A stretch of 64,000 bases of DNA from Camelus ferus (taxonomy: Eukaryota). The notes under the pieces were generated by a model. The model was not told where the DNA came from. It saw only the letters and a list, made by a program, of their open reading frames with translations, and did not search any database. The translations under genes were made by a program, and so were the position numbers. The DNA lies in assembly GCF_009834535.1 (NCBI RefSeq), contig NC_045705.1, positions 30,568,001-30,632,000 of the forward strand, read 5' to 3'. This document shows, one piece after another, positions 63,936-64,000 of the stretch (positions are counted from its first letter, which is position 1; each line of letters opens with the position of its first letter).

Positions 63936-64000
63936 TAACAAGATAAACAACAAGGAAATAACTAGGATAATGTGATATATAGGATGTCCAGAAAGGCCCT

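Overview
Mammalian genomic DNA, most likely from a camelid (alpaca, llama or camel), judged from three full-length tRNA-Ala-derived Vic-1-type SINEs. The window holds the 5' ends of two divergently transcribed genes. LRP4 is on the minus strand: coding exon 1 at 13336-13387 lies in a CpG island, coding exon 2 (first LDLa repeat) is at 735-881, and the rest lies left of the window. CSTPP1/C11orf49 is on the plus strand: coding exon 1 at 22343-22388, a 36.75-kb intron, coding exon 2 at 59142-59244, and the rest right of the window. The remainder is intron or intergenic sequence rich in MIR, L2, L1, MaLR/ERVL LTR and MER DNA-transposon relics, with several repeat-free, motif-dense islands that look like enhancers. 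I see no evidence for a new protein-coding system; almost all ORF-track entries are spurious. The best leads are: a perfect inverted pair of optimal TCF/LEF sites in LRP4 intron 1; an RFX X-box in the CSTPP1 promoter whose core is a strong-Kozak out-of-frame upstream ATG; a polyadenylated, TSD-flanked ERV-LTR retrocopy nested in two L1s; and very small TSD-flanked retro-insertions. Gene, repeat-family and motif identities come from recognition by eye, not database searches, and repeat boundaries are approximate.
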